From an uncultured Polaribacter sp. (GTDB lineage Bacteria; Bacteroidota; Bacteroidia; Flavobacteriales; Flavobacteriaceae), in the NCBI GenBank assembly GCA_913050305.1, contig CAJXAS010000001.1:1-55785 (forward strand): DNA of 55,785 bases, in the 5' to 3' direction. The notes below the pieces were generated by a model. The model was not told where the DNA came from. It was given only the letters and a program-made list of their open reading frames with translations, and made no database searches. Positions 18,716 to 30,543 of the stretch are shown piece after piece. The stretch's first letter is position 1; each line of letters begins with the position of its first letter. Made by a program: the position numbers and the translations under genes.

Positions 18716-19344
18716 TTTAGTTTTTTTTTAACTTCATTAAAAATAAAAAATATTTCTGCCGCAATTTGTTCGTTTGTTTTTAAGTAGGCTGATTCCTCTT
18801 CGGGTGTTTCGTCGGAAAATTTTGGATCTACAAATGGTAAATGAAACCTTTCTAGAGCCGTTGGTATAAAAGGACAATTTTCATCAGCATTATTGCAAGT
18901 TGTAATTGCTATAAATGGGCTTTTGTTTGTTTCATCATCAAACCTTTTAGAAAAACCAAGAATAGAATTTTCACTTTCTTTAAAAGTAATTGCGTATTTA
19001 GGATTTTCATGAGAGAAATCTACAACTGTAAATTCGAAGCCAACAGATTGTAATGTTTTTACTGTATTCTTATAAAAAGCTGTTACTTCTGTTCCACCAG
19101 AAAAAGCATGTATATTTAAATTGAAATAATTTGCCGCATAAAATGTCCAAACTTGTCCTAATTGACTTCTTCTAGAGTTATGAGTGCATATAAAGTTTAA
19201 GTTTACAACTTTGTTTTTAGTGTATTCTTCTGTAATCTTTTTGGAAATTTCAAGCAACACTTTTATTCTATCCTCGTCTAGTTTTATTTTTTTTGAGGCT
19301 AGTGTAAAGAAGTTTTCTGTAGAAATGATAGAAGTTTTAGACAT
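18712..19344 (-). CDS. LMW protein-tyrosine phosphatase / ArsC-like protein
   Basis: P-loop CTHNSRRSQ, resolving-Cys-like pair TC...CP, DP motif. Confidence 0.8.
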   Translation of the reverse strand: MSKTSIISTENFFTLASKKIKLDEDRIKVLLEISKKITEEYTKNKVVNLNFICTHNSRRSQLGQVWTFYAANYFNLNIHAFSGGTEVTAFYKNTVKTLQSVGFEFTVVDFSHENPKYAITFKESENSILGFSKRFDDETNKSPFIAITTCNNADENCPFIPTALERFHLPFVDPKFSDETPEEESAYLKTNEQIAAEIFFIFNEVKKKLN

Positions 19345-19398
19345 ATGCTTATTTTTGCTGTAAAATTAATGACTTTTAATTAAAATCGGATTAATATA

Positions 19399-19956
19399 AT
19401 GTTAAGAAAGGGCATAGAAATTGGTAATAAAGTGGCTGTATTAGACGATGTTTTAAAAGGCGAAGTTACAGCTATTTCAAAAGATTTTATTTCTATTAGA
19501 ACTTTAGACGGTATGATTTTTAATTTTAAAGAGAAAGAATTAGTTAAAATTGAAATAGAACAGCAAGAGTTAACAAAGTATTCAAACATAAATAATGACT
19601 TCTTAAAAGAAAAGATCGATCAATCTAAACCTAAAAAAACTCTTTTTAAAAAGCAAAACAAAGAAGTTATTATGGAAGTTGATTTACATATTAATCAACT
19701 TACAAAATCTTTAAAAGGAATGGATAATTATGATATGTTAAACTTACAGTTAGATACCGCTAAAAGAAAAGTTGAATTTGCAATTCAGAAGCGAGTTTCT
19801 AAAATTGTTTTCATTCACGGAGTGGGTGAAGGGGTTTTAAAATCTGAACTACAATCTCTACTAAATAAATATCCTGTAAAGCATTATGATGCTTCCTATA
19901 AAAAATATGGTTTAGGAGCCACAGAAGTATATTTTTTTCAAAATACAGTCTCATAA
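19399..19956 (+). CDS. Smr/MutS-family protein (N-terminal KOW/SH3-like barrel + Smr domain)
   Basis: IGNKVAVLD..KGEV at the N-terminus; VDLH and IHGVGEGVLK...GATEV in the Smr domain. Confidence 0.85.
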   Translation: MLRKGIEIGNKVAVLDDVLKGEVTAISKDFISIRTLDGMIFNFKEKELVKIEIEQQELTKYSNINNDFLKEKIDQSKPKKTLFKKQNKEVIMEVDLHINQLTKSLKGMDNYDMLNLQLDTAKRKVEFAIQKRVSKIVFIHGVGEGVLKSELQSLLNKYPVKHYDASYKKYGLGATEVYFFQNTVS

Positions 19957-19976
19957 AATAAACGTATTTTTATACT

Positions 19977-21110
19977 ATGAATGCTATTTACTTAGACAAC
20001 GCAGCAACTACCAATATGTATCCAGAAGTTATAGAAGTGATGCAAACTGCTATGGCAGAAAATTTCGGAAATCCTTCATCTACCCATCAATTTGGCAGAA
20101 AGGCAAAATCTTCTGTAGAAACAGCAAGAAAAAATATTGCAAAACATTTTAATGTTTCTGCATCTGAAATTATTTTCACTTCTAGTGGCACGGAGGCAGA
20201 CAATTTAATCTTGTACAATGCGGTTCTAAATTTAGATGTTACTAGAATTATTACTTCAAAAATAGAGCATCATGCGGTATTACATGCATGTGATTTTCTT
20301 CAAACGAGTGAAAATATAGTTGTAGAATATGTGAATGTAGATGCATTCGGTAATGTAGATGTTCTACATTTAGAAAAACTTTTAAAAGTATCTAAAGTAA
20401 AAACATTGGTTAGTTTAATGATGATTAACAATGAAATTGGAAACTTGTTATCTGTTCACGAAATTGCTAATGTATGTAAATTAAATAATGCGCTGTTTCA
20501 TTCAGATACTGTGCAGGTAATAGGACATTATAAAATAGACTTGCAAACAACAATGATCGATTTTATGGTTGCAAGTGCTCATAAATTTCACGGACCAAAA
20601 GGGGTGGGATTCGCCTTTTTTAGAAAAGGATTTGGTATTGTTCCAATGCTTCATGGCGGTGGTCAAGAAAAAGGTGCAAGATCTAGTACAGAGAATGTGC
20701 ACGCAATATTAGGAATGGAAAAAGCATTAGAAATAGCACATAATACTCTTGAAGAAGATAAAATACACATAGAAAACTTAAAAATTTATTTTATTACTGA
20801 ATTAAAAAAAATATCAAAAGACTTCCAATTTAATGGGCATTCTGGTGATTTAGAAAAGAGCAGTTATACTATTTTAAGCGTTCGTTTTCCAACACAAAAT
20901 GAGATGTTGCTATTTAGTTTAGATTTGGCGGGAATAGCTGTCTCTGGAGGCAGTGCTTGTCAATCTGGAAGTAATAAAGGTTCTCATGTATTATCAGAAA
21001 TTCTAAAAGATGGTGAAGAAGACAAAACATCTATTCGTTTTTCATTCTGTAAGTTCACTAAAAAGGAAGATATTGACTGTACAATTTTAAAATTAAAAGA
21101 ATTGTTTTAA
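19977..21110 (+). CDS. Cysteine desulfurase (IscS/NifS group I)
   Basis: YLDNAATT, GNPSS, SAHKFHGPKG, SGGSAC. Confidence 0.92.
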   Translation: MNAIYLDNAATTNMYPEVIEVMQTAMAENFGNPSSTHQFGRKAKSSVETARKNIAKHFNVSASEIIFTSSGTEADNLILYNAVLNLDVTRIITSKIEHHAVLHACDFLQTSENIVVEYVNVDAFGNVDVLHLEKLLKVSKVKTLVSLMMINNEIGNLLSVHEIANVCKLNNALFHSDTVQVIGHYKIDLQTTMIDFMVASAHKFHGPKGVGFAFFRKGFGIVPMLHGGGQEKGARSSTENVHAILGMEKALEIAHNTLEEDKIHIENLKIYFITELKKISKDFQFNGHSGDLEKSSYTILSVRFPTQNEMLLFSLDLAGIAVSGGSACQSGSNKGSHVLSEILKDGEEDKTSIRFSFCKFTKKEDIDCTILKLKELF

Positions 21111-21170
21111 AGATGTTTTTATTAAATTTTAAGAATAGAAATAATCTTATATAGTTTTTTATAAAGTCAC

Positions 21171-21205
21171 AAAAAAAAGCCGAAACTTAATAGTTTCGGC
21201 TTTTT
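21171..21205. terminator. Bidirectional intrinsic terminator between convergent genes
   Basis: AAAAAGCCGAAACT-taat-AGTTTCGGCTTTTT. Confidence 0.85.
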
Positions 21206-21219
21206 ATATATAAACAGTA

Positions 21220-23094
21220 TTATTTCTTTTTTTGTTGTTCTTGTGCTTGTTTCATGGCGTTGTCTATTTTTTGTCTAAACTGACTCTTTTTCTTTTCTGG
21301 TTTCTTTTTATTTTCTTCTATCTGAGCATGAATTTTATCTTCATCTATTACATAGTTTTTAATAACCAACATAATTGCAATGGTTAACAAGTTAGAAACA
21401 AAATAATATAAACTTAAACTACTTGCGTAATTGTTAAAGAAAAATAACATCATAATAGGAGAGAAGTAAATCATGTACTTCATCATCTTACTCATATCTG
21501 GCATTCCCTCTTGCGCAGGTGCTTGCATGTTTGCTTGTTGACTTTGGTTCATTTTCATGTAAAAGAAAATAGCAATCGATGCTAATATTGGAAATAAACT
21601 TACATGGTCTCCATAAAACGGAACTGTAAATGGAAGTTGATAAATCGTATCATAAGATGATAAGTCATTTGCCCACAAAAAACCTTCTTGTCTTACCGCT
21701 AAATTTGTTGGAAAAAACTTAAATAAAGCAAAGAATACAGGCATTTGTAGTAATGCGGGTATACAACCAGACATCATGCTAACTCCAGCTTTCCGCTGAA
21801 CTGCCATGGTCTCTTGCTGGCGCTTCATTGCATTTTCTTTACCAGGATACTTTTCGTTTAATGCAGTTAATTCAGGTCTAATTACCTTCATTTTTGCACT
21901 TGATAAATAAGACTTATATACTAAAGGAGACATAATTAAACGCACTACAATGGTCATTAAGATGATGATCAGACCAAAGTTTGATAAGAACCCTTGCAAG
22001 AAATTAAATACAGGATAAAATACAGTTCTGTTTAAAAACCCAAAAATTCCCCAACCTAAATCTGCTGTTTCATCTAAACCAGTTCCCTCATATGTCTTTA
22101 ATAAATTATAATCACTTGGTCCATAAAACCATTTCATGTTATAATTTAACTCTCCGTTTGTTAAAGCTAATGGCGTTTTTAAGGCGTATCTTTTACTGAA
22201 AACAGTATCTATTTCTTCATCTTTAACTAAATCTGTAGATGTAATTGTTGCGTTATTAAAAGGAGTGTCAGTTAATAAAGCAGAAGAAAAGAAATGTTGT
22301 TGGTAAAAAACCCAATCTATATTATTTGCAACTTCTGTATTTCCTGGTCTAATATATTCCAATTCTCCTTCAGATTGATAATAATACCAAGAATACATTT
22401 GATTCTCTGTTTTTAAACTTTTTTCATGTCTGTAACCATCTAAAGACCAATCTAAATTAATAGGGTTAGAGCCATTAATTACATTACTTAAACCTTGAGA
22501 GCGTATTGAGAAGTTTACCATATATTCTTTTGGCTTCATTTCATATCTGTACTCTAAAAATTGAGTTTCAGATACTTTTAACTTCATAGAAACAATCTGG
22601 ATGTCGCCGTTTGTTGTTATTGTTGGTGCGAAGAATAAATCTTTAGTATTTAAAATTCTATTGTCTGTGGTACCAAAATTAATGTTAAAAGTGGCATTGT
22701 TATCTTTTATCAAGTATAAAGGAAGTGAATCGTAGGTTTTATAGTTTTTAACTAAAGCTTCCTTAATTTGACCACCTTTATTGTTTATAGTTAATTTTAC
22801 AACCTCATTTTCCAAGACAGAAAAACCGTCAGAAGCGTTTATTGCACTTTCAGCAAAGGCACCTAATTGGTTTTTTAAGTTTAGTTTTTTTATAGAATCA
22901 TTTTCAATAGCAGTTGTATTTACAAAGGCATTACTTGTATCGTTATTTGATTCTGGAGATGTTACTATTTCAGTATCAGTAGTGTCATTAGTAGTATCTA
23001 TGGCTGGCTCTTGTGTGCTCATCCACCAAAAAATGATACCCCCTAATAAAATCATTCCAATAAAAGAATTTACGTCGAATTTTTTCTGTTCCAT
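21220..23094 (-). CDS. yidC: Membrane protein insertase YidC
   Basis: N-terminal TM, periplasmic domain, GCIPALLQMPVF, FLWANDLS. Confidence 0.96.
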   Translation of the reverse strand: MEQKKFDVNSFIGMILLGGIIFWWMSTQEPAIDTTNDTTDTEIVTSPESNNDTSNAFVNTTAIENDSIKKLNLKNQLGAFAESAINASDGFSVLENEVVKLTINNKGGQIKEALVKNYKTYDSLPLYLIKDNNATFNINFGTTDNRILNTKDLFFAPTITTNGDIQIVSMKLKVSETQFLEYRYEMKPKEYMVNFSIRSQGLSNVINGSNPINLDWSLDGYRHEKSLKTENQMYSWYYYQSEGELEYIRPGNTEVANNIDWVFYQQHFFSSALLTDTPFNNATITSTDLVKDEEIDTVFSKRYALKTPLALTNGELNYNMKWFYGPSDYNLLKTYEGTGLDETADLGWGIFGFLNRTVFYPVFNFLQGFLSNFGLIIILMTIVVRLIMSPLVYKSYLSSAKMKVIRPELTALNEKYPGKENAMKRQQETMAVQRKAGVSMMSGCIPALLQMPVFFALFKFFPTNLAVRQEGFLWANDLSSYDTIYQLPFTVPFYGDHVSLFPILASIAIFFYMKMNQSQQANMQAPAQEGMPDMSKMMKYMIYFSPIMMLFFFNNYASSLSLYYFVSNLLTIAIMLVIKNYVIDEDKIHAQIEENKKKPEKKKSQFRQKIDNAMKQAQEQQKKK

Positions 23095-23258
23095 GTGTTT
23101 TTTTAAAATGTCAATTTGTCATTTTTTACTAATCATTGAAAGTAAAAAGCGACAAATGTAGCGAAATTGTAGTGTTTTAAAGCGATTTTGCTGTGATTAT
23201 TGTTGATGCAGTATATATTTCAAATAGTGTACCCTTTTAAATAAACTTGATTTAGCAC

Positions 23259-25037
<1,779 letters not shown>

Positions 25038-25101
25038 TTAAAAGAGGTAAATTTCTGAAAGCAAAAAAAAGTAATCAAGAAGATATTTAAAAATACATAT
25101 A

Positions 25102-25263
25102 ATGCCGAAAAGAACTTACCAGCCATCGAAAAGAAAGAGAAGAAACAAACACGGTTTCAGAGAAAGAATGGCGTCAGCTAATGGAAGAAAAGTATTAGCT
25201 AGAAGAAGAGCTAAAGGAAGAAAGAAAGTTTCTGTGTCTTCAGAATTTAGACCAAAAAGATAA
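25102..25263 (+). CDS. rpmH: 50S ribosomal protein L34
   Basis: Below the ORF-track cutoff. [53 protein letters not shown]. Confidence 0.97.
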   Translation: MPKRTYQPSKRKRRNKHGFRERMASANGRKVLARRRAKGRKKVSVSSEFRPKR

Positions 25264-25290
25264 TATAATGATTAACATTTGTTAATAATT

Positions 25291-25323
25291 AAGGTGTTAC
25301 TATTTTTAGTAACACCTTTTTTT
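25291..25323 (+). terminator. Intrinsic terminator after rpmH
   Basis: AAGGTGTTACTA-tttt-TAGTAACACCTT followed by a T-run. Confidence 0.85.
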
Positions 25324-25384
25324 ATACCCAACAACCAACTATTTTTGTAAAACATAACAACACAACAACTTACAACTAAAAACA

Positions 25385-28240
25385 ATGCCAAAAAGAAAAG
25401 ACCTCAATTCAGTTTTAATTATTGGATCTGGACCAATTGTTATTGGACAAGCCTGTGAATTTGATTATTCTGGTTCACAATCTTTAAGATCTTTAAGAGA
25501 AGATGGAATCGAAACGATTCTAATTAACTCTAACCCCGCAACAATTATGACCGATCCTTCAATGGCCGATCATATTTACTTATTGCCTTTAAATACAAAA
25601 TCGATCATTCAGATTTTAAAAGAGCATCCACAAATTGATGCTGTTTTACCAACAATGGGTGGTCAAACTGCATTAAATCTTTGTATCGAAGCAGATGATA
25701 AAGGAATTTGGAAAGATTTTGATGTAAAATTAATAGGTGTAGATATAGACGCCATTAATGTTACAGAAGATAGAGAGCAGTTCAGAGAATTAATGATAAA
25801 GATTGGAGTGCCAATGGCGCCTCAAGCAACAGCTACATCTTTCTTAAAAGGAAAAGAAATTGCACAAGAATTTGGTTTTCCATTAGTAATTCGTTCTTCA
25901 TATACTTTAGGTGGTGCAGGAGCTTCTATTGTGTACAAAGCAGAAGATTTTGACCATTTACTAAGTTTCGGTTTAGAAGCATCACCAATACACGAGGTGA
26001 TGATTGATAAGGCGATGATGGGCTGGAAAGAATACGAATTAGAATTATTGAGAGATAGGAATGATAATGTTGTAATTATCTGTTCTATCGAAAACATGGA
26101 TCCTATGGGAATTCATACTGGAGATTCTATAACAGTGGCACCGGCAATGACGCTTTCTGACAAAACATATCAAAAGATGCGTGATATGGCAATTCATATG
26201 ATGCGTTCTATCGGAGATTTTGAAGGCGGTTGTAATGTGCAATTTGCAGTTTCACCTGACGATAAAGAAGATATTATTGCTATTGAAATTAATCCAAGAG
26301 TTTCACGTTCATCTGCATTAGCTTCGAAAGCAACAGGATATCCTATCGCAAAAGTAGCTACAAAATTAGCTATTGGGTATACTTTAGATGAATTAGAAAA
26401 CGGAATTACAAAATCTACATCGGCTTTATTTGAGCCAACATTAGATTACGTAATTGTAAAAATACCACGTTGGAATTTTGATAAATTTGAAGGTTCAGAC
26501 AGGACTTTAGGATTGCAAATGAAATCTGTTGGAGAGGTAATGGGAATTGGACGTTGTTTCCAAGAAGCTTTGCACAAAGCAACACAATCTTTAGAAATTA
26601 AGAGAAATGGTTTAGGTGCAGATGGAAAAGGATATACAGATTATAATCAAATTATAGAGAAGTTAACCAATGCAAGTTGGGACCGTGTTTTTGCTATATA
26701 TGATGCAATTTCGATTGGAATTCCTTTGAGTAAAATCCATGATATTACAAAAATAGACATGTGGTATCTAACTCAATACGAAGAGTTGTTTCAACTTCAA
26801 AAAGAAATCTCTACCTACAAAATAGATACTATTGAGAGAGATTTGCTTTTAGAGGCAAAGCAAAAAGGGTATGGAGATAGGCAAATAGCCCATATGTTGG
26901 GTTGTTTAGAGAGTGCGGTTTATACAAAAAGAGAAGAGTTAAAAGTACAACGTGTTTTTAAATTAGTAGATACTTGTGCTGCAGAATTCCAAGCAAAGAC
27001 ACCTTATTACTATTCAACTTTTGAAAACGAAATAGAAACGGCAGATGGTGAAATCATTATTGCCAACGAAAGTATTGTCACGCCAAAGAAAAAAATTATT
27101 GTTTTAGGTTCTGGTCCAAACAGAATTGGACAGGGAATTGAATTTGACTACTGTTGTGTGCACGGTGTTTTAGCAGCAGCAGAATGTGGTTACGAAACAA
27201 TTATGATTAATTGTAATCCTGAAACTGTGTCTACGGATTTTGATACAGCAGATAAATTATACTTCGAACCTGTTTTTTGGGAACATATTTATGACATTAT
27301 TCGACATGAAAAACCAGAAGGGGTGATTGTGCAATTAGGTGGTCAAACAGCTCTAAAATTAGCAGAGAAATTAACTAAATACGGAATTAAAATTATAGGA
27401 ACTTCTTTTGAGGCTTTAGATTTAGCAGAAGATAGAGGTAATTTTTCTACCCTGTTAAAAGATAATAAGATTCCATATCCAGAATTCGGAATAGCAGAGA
27501 CTGCAGAAGAAGCTTTGGTTTTAGCAGATGAATTAGATTTTCCAATCTTAGTAAGGCCCTCTTATGTTTTAGGAGGACAAGGAATGAAAATTGTAATCAA
27601 TAAAGAAGAACTAGTTGAACATGTTATAGATTTATTAGGCAGAATGCCAGGTAATAAATTATTATTAGATCATTATTTAGATGGTGCAATAGAGGCAGAG
27701 GCAGATGCAATTTGTGATGCAGACGGTAATGTTTATATTATCGGTATTATGGAACACATAGAGCCTTGTGGAATCCATTCTGGAGATTCTAATGCGATGT
27801 TACCGGTTTTTAATTTAGGTGATTTGGTCATGCAGCAAATTAAAGATCATACACACACCATTGCAAGAGAGTTAAAAACTGTTGGTTTAATTAATGTTCA
27901 GTTTGCAGTTAAAAATGAACTTGTTTATATTATTGAAGCAAATCCAAGAGCATCTAGAACGGTCCCTTTTATAGCAAAAGCGTACAAAGAACCGTATGTG
28001 AACTATGCAACAAAAGTAATGCTTGGTCATAATAAGGTAACAGACTTTAATTTTAATCCTCAATTAGAAGGATATGCAATTAAGCAACCGGTATTCTCTT
28101 TTAATAAATTCCCGAATGTAGATAAGAAATTAGGGCCAGAAATGAAATCTACTGGAGAAAGTATCTTATTTATAGACAGTTTAAAAGACGATGAGTTTTA
28201 TAATTTATATGCAAGAAGAAAAATGTATTTGAGTAAGTAA
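25385..28240 (+). CDS. carB: Carbamoyl-phosphate synthase large subunit (short form, 951 aa)
   Basis: MPKRKDL..VLIIGSGPIVIGQACEFDYSG, two ATP-grasp halves, ends soon after LGPEMKSTGE. Confidence 0.96.
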   Translation: MPKRKDLNSVLIIGSGPIVIGQACEFDYSGSQSLRSLREDGIETILINSNPATIMTDPSMADHIYLLPLNTKSIIQILKEHPQIDAVLPTMGGQTALNLCIEADDKGIWKDFDVKLIGVDIDAINVTEDREQFRELMIKIGVPMAPQATATSFLKGKEIAQEFGFPLVIRSSYTLGGAGASIVYKAEDFDHLLSFGLEASPIHEVMIDKAMMGWKEYELELLRDRNDNVVIICSIENMDPMGIHTGDSITVAPAMTLSDKTYQKMRDMAIHMMRSIGDFEGGCNVQFAVSPDDKEDIIAIEINPRVSRSSALASKATGYPIAKVATKLAIGYTLDELENGITKSTSALFEPTLDYVIVKIPRWNFDKFEGSDRTLGLQMKSVGEVMGIGRCFQEALHKATQSLEIKRNGLGADGKGYTDYNQIIEKLTNASWDRVFAIYDAISIGIPLSKIHDITKIDMWYLTQYEELFQLQKEISTYKIDTIERDLLLEAKQKGYGDRQIAHMLGCLESAVYTKREELKVQRVFKLVDTCAAEFQAKTPYYYSTFENEIETADGEIIIANESIVTPKKKIIVLGSGPNRIGQGIEFDYCCVHGVLAAAECGYETIMINCNPETVSTDFDTADKLYFEPVFWEHIYDIIRHEKPEGVIVQLGGQTALKLAEKLTKYGIKIIGTSFEALDLAEDRGNFSTLLKDNKIPYPEFGIAETAEEALVLADELDFPILVRPSYVLGGQGMKIVINKEELVEHVIDLLGRMPGNKLLLDHYLDGAIEAEADAICDADGNVYIIGIMEHIEPCGIHSGDSNAMLPVFNLGDLVMQQIKDHTHTIARELKTVGLINVQFAVKNELVYIIEANPRASRTVPFIAKAYKEPYVNYATKVMLGHNKVTDFNFNPQLEGYAIKQPVFSFNKFPNVDKKLGPEMKSTGESILFIDSLKDDEFYNLYARRKMYLSK

Positions 28241-28264
28241 TATTCATTTTCTTAGTATGATATC

Positions 28265-28302
28265 GCATCCATTTCAAAATTTAGAATTGGATGCTTTTTT
28301 TT
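28265..28302 (+). terminator. Intrinsic terminator after carB
   Basis: GCATCCA...TGGATGC followed by a long T-run. Confidence 0.7.
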
Positions 28303-28412
28303 GATATATTTAGTTTTGTTTAATGAATTTAACAAAACTTTAAACAATATTTTAAAAAATTGATATTTTTATCTTTTACCTTTGATATTAAATAACAACT
28401 AAAATTAAAAGA

Positions 28413-28985
28413 ATGAAAACAAGAAACGTATTAATGGCTTTTGCAACAATAGGACTTTTTGCATTTGCATCGTGTAAAACTTCTAAAACAGAAGAAGTAA
28501 AAAAAGAATCAATGCTAGCAATGGCTGATGTTGTACAAACTCCCAATATCGTTGGAGTAGCTGTTGGAAACGAAAACTTCTCAACATTAGTAGCTGCCGT
28601 AAAAGCAGCAGGTTTAGTAGAAACTTTAAGTAGTGCAGGTCCGTTTACTGTTTTTGCACCAACAAATGATGCTTTTGCAAAATTACCAGAGGGTACTATT
28701 GCTACTTTATTAAAACCAGAAAGCAAGGCTACTTTAACAAGCATTCTAACATACCATGTTGTTGCCGGGAAATTTGATGCAGCAGCAGTTGTTGCAGCAA
28801 TTACAGCAAACAATGGTGCATTTACAGTTACTACAGTGCAAGGTGGTACTTTGTTAGCGTCTTTAGACGGTGGAAAGGTAGTATTAAAGGATGAAAAAGG
28901 AAACATGTCTACAGTAGTAATTGCAGACGTTGCAGCTTCAAACGGAGTGATACACGCTATTGATAGTGTTGTAATGCCGAACTAA
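28413..28985 (+). CDS. Fasciclin (FAS1) domain lipoprotein
   Basis: Lipobox FASC, FTVFAPTNDAF, ILTYHVV, NGVIHAID. Confidence 0.93.
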   Translation: MKTRNVLMAFATIGLFAFASCKTSKTEEVKKESMLAMADVVQTPNIVGVAVGNENFSTLVAAVKAAGLVETLSSAGPFTVFAPTNDAFAKLPEGTIATLLKPESKATLTSILTYHVVAGKFDAAAVVAAITANNGAFTVTTVQGGTLLASLDGGKVVLKDEKGNMSTVVIADVAASNGVIHAIDSVVMPN

Positions 28986-29008
28986 ACATTGTTCAAAATT
29001 TTATATTA

Positions 29009-29040
29009 AAAAAAGCCTTCAAGAAATTGATGGCTTTTTT
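29009..29040. terminator. Intrinsic terminator
   Basis: AAAAAGCCtTCAA-gaaa-TTGAtGGCTTTTT hairpin with one mismatch. Confidence 0.65.
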
Positions 29041-29240
29041 GTATTTGCAATGAAATTTAGAATATTTCTTAGTATTACATTTTAAGAATACTTAATTTTC
29101 ATCAGCAATGAGCGTTGTAAGTATTTGTTTTAAAGTAGCAACAGAATTTTGATAATTTTTTTTTCATCATTTCATCAAAATATCTATCAGGACAAGAATT
29201 TCGACTATTTCACTGCAGGTAGCAGCAAAAGGTAAAGTAG

Positions 29241-30020
29241 TTATTTGAAAAATTCTTTCGATTTTTCCCAATACAGATCCATTTCGGTTAAAGACATATT
29301 CGAAAGCTCTTTGCCCTCTTCTTTTGCAGCTTTTTCTAGAAACTGAAATCTATTTATAAATTTCTTATTCGTTTTTTCTAAAGCATTTTCAGGATTTACG
29401 TCAATAAAACGCGCATAATTAATCATAGAGAATAAGACATCTCCAAATTCTTTTTCGGTATTTTCTTTATTACCAGCTTTTATTTCTTCATTTAGTTCAG
29501 AAAGTTCTTCTTGTACTTTTTCCCAAACTTGTGCTGGTTCTTCCCAATCGAAGCCAACACCTGCAACTTTTTCTTGAATTCTGCTCGCTTTTACTACTGC
29601 AGGTAAACTTTTAGGAACGCCTTCTAAAACAGACTCTTTGCCTTCTTTTAATTTTAATTGTTCCCAATTTCGTTTTACATCTTCTACATTATCAACTTTT
29701 ACATCACCATAAATATGAGGATGTCTATTAATTAGTTTGTCAGAAATTGAGTTCGCAACATCGCCAATATCAAAAGCTTTTTTTTCGCTACCAATTTTAG
29801 CATAAAAGACGATGTGTAAAAGGACATCTCCTAACTCTTTTTTTATTTCAGGTAAATCATTGTCTAAAATGGCATCTGCAAGCTCATAGGTTTCTTCAAT
29901 AGTAAGATGGCGTAGACTTTCTAAGGTTTGTTTTTTATCCCAAGGGCATTTCTCACGAAGTTCATCCATGATATCTAACAAACGACTAAAAGCAGCTAAT
30001 TGTTCTTTTCTAGAATTCAT
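29241..30020 (-). CDS. mazG: Nucleoside triphosphate pyrophosphohydrolase
   Basis: CPWD..QT, EE.YE, ELGDVL, RHPH, EFGD.LF. Start at ATG 30020. Confidence 0.95.
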   Translation of the reverse strand: MNSRKEQLAAFSRLLDIMDELREKCPWDKKQTLESLRHLTIEETYELADAILDNDLPEIKKELGDVLLHIVFYAKIGSEKKAFDIGDVANSISDKLINRHPHIYGDVKVDNVEDVKRNWEQLKLKEGKESVLEGVPKSLPAVVKASRIQEKVAGVGFDWEEPAQVWEKVQEELSELNEEIKAGNKENTEKEFGDVLFSMINYARFIDVNPENALEKTNKKFINRFQFLEKAAKEEGKELSNMSLTEMDLYWEKSKEFFK

Positions 30021-30096
30021 TTTGAGTTGCAAACTTTTAATTTATTTTAGCTTTCGTTTTTACTTTAAATAGCAACAAGCAAAAATAAAATACTAT

Positions 30097-30516
30097 TTAC
30101 TCTTTTTCGGTCTCTTCTTTAGTCGCTTCAATTTTAGAAAAATCCATTCCAGAATTCACCAATAAATTAAACCATTGAATCACTTTTTTAATGTTCGAAG
30201 TATACACTCTTTCAGCATCATAATCTGGTAAAACTTCTCCAAAAAATGCTTCTAACTTCTTACCACTTTCTTTATGAGATATAGCTTCTTTACCTTCCGT
30301 TTTCTCATACATTGCCTTTAAAACCTTCAATAAAGGTACATCCTCTTCATAGGTGTAAATAGCAATATTTTCTAATAAACTAACATTCTGTGTTGCGCTA
30401 ATTGCGGCCCGTTTATCATCGCCTAAACCAGCAACAATTATTGCACTTTTAGATTGAGATATTACTTTAAATAATCCGGGTTTACCGCTAACGGCTATAA
30501 TTTTATTAAATTCCAT
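30097..30516 (-). CDS. DUF5606/DUF6852-like conserved protein
   Basis: I.AVSGKPGLF and LPDYD.ERVY.S.IKK patterns; usual position between def and mazG. Confidence 0.75.
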   Translation of the reverse strand: MEFNKIIAVSGKPGLFKVISQSKSAIIVAGLGDDKRAAISATQNVSLLENIAIYTYEEDVPLLKVLKAMYEKTEGKEAISHKESGKKLEAFFGEVLPDYDAERVYTSNIKKVIQWFNLLVNSGMDFSKIEATKEETEKE

Positions 30517-30543
30517 GTGTTTTATATTTTGTGCCCTTTAAGA

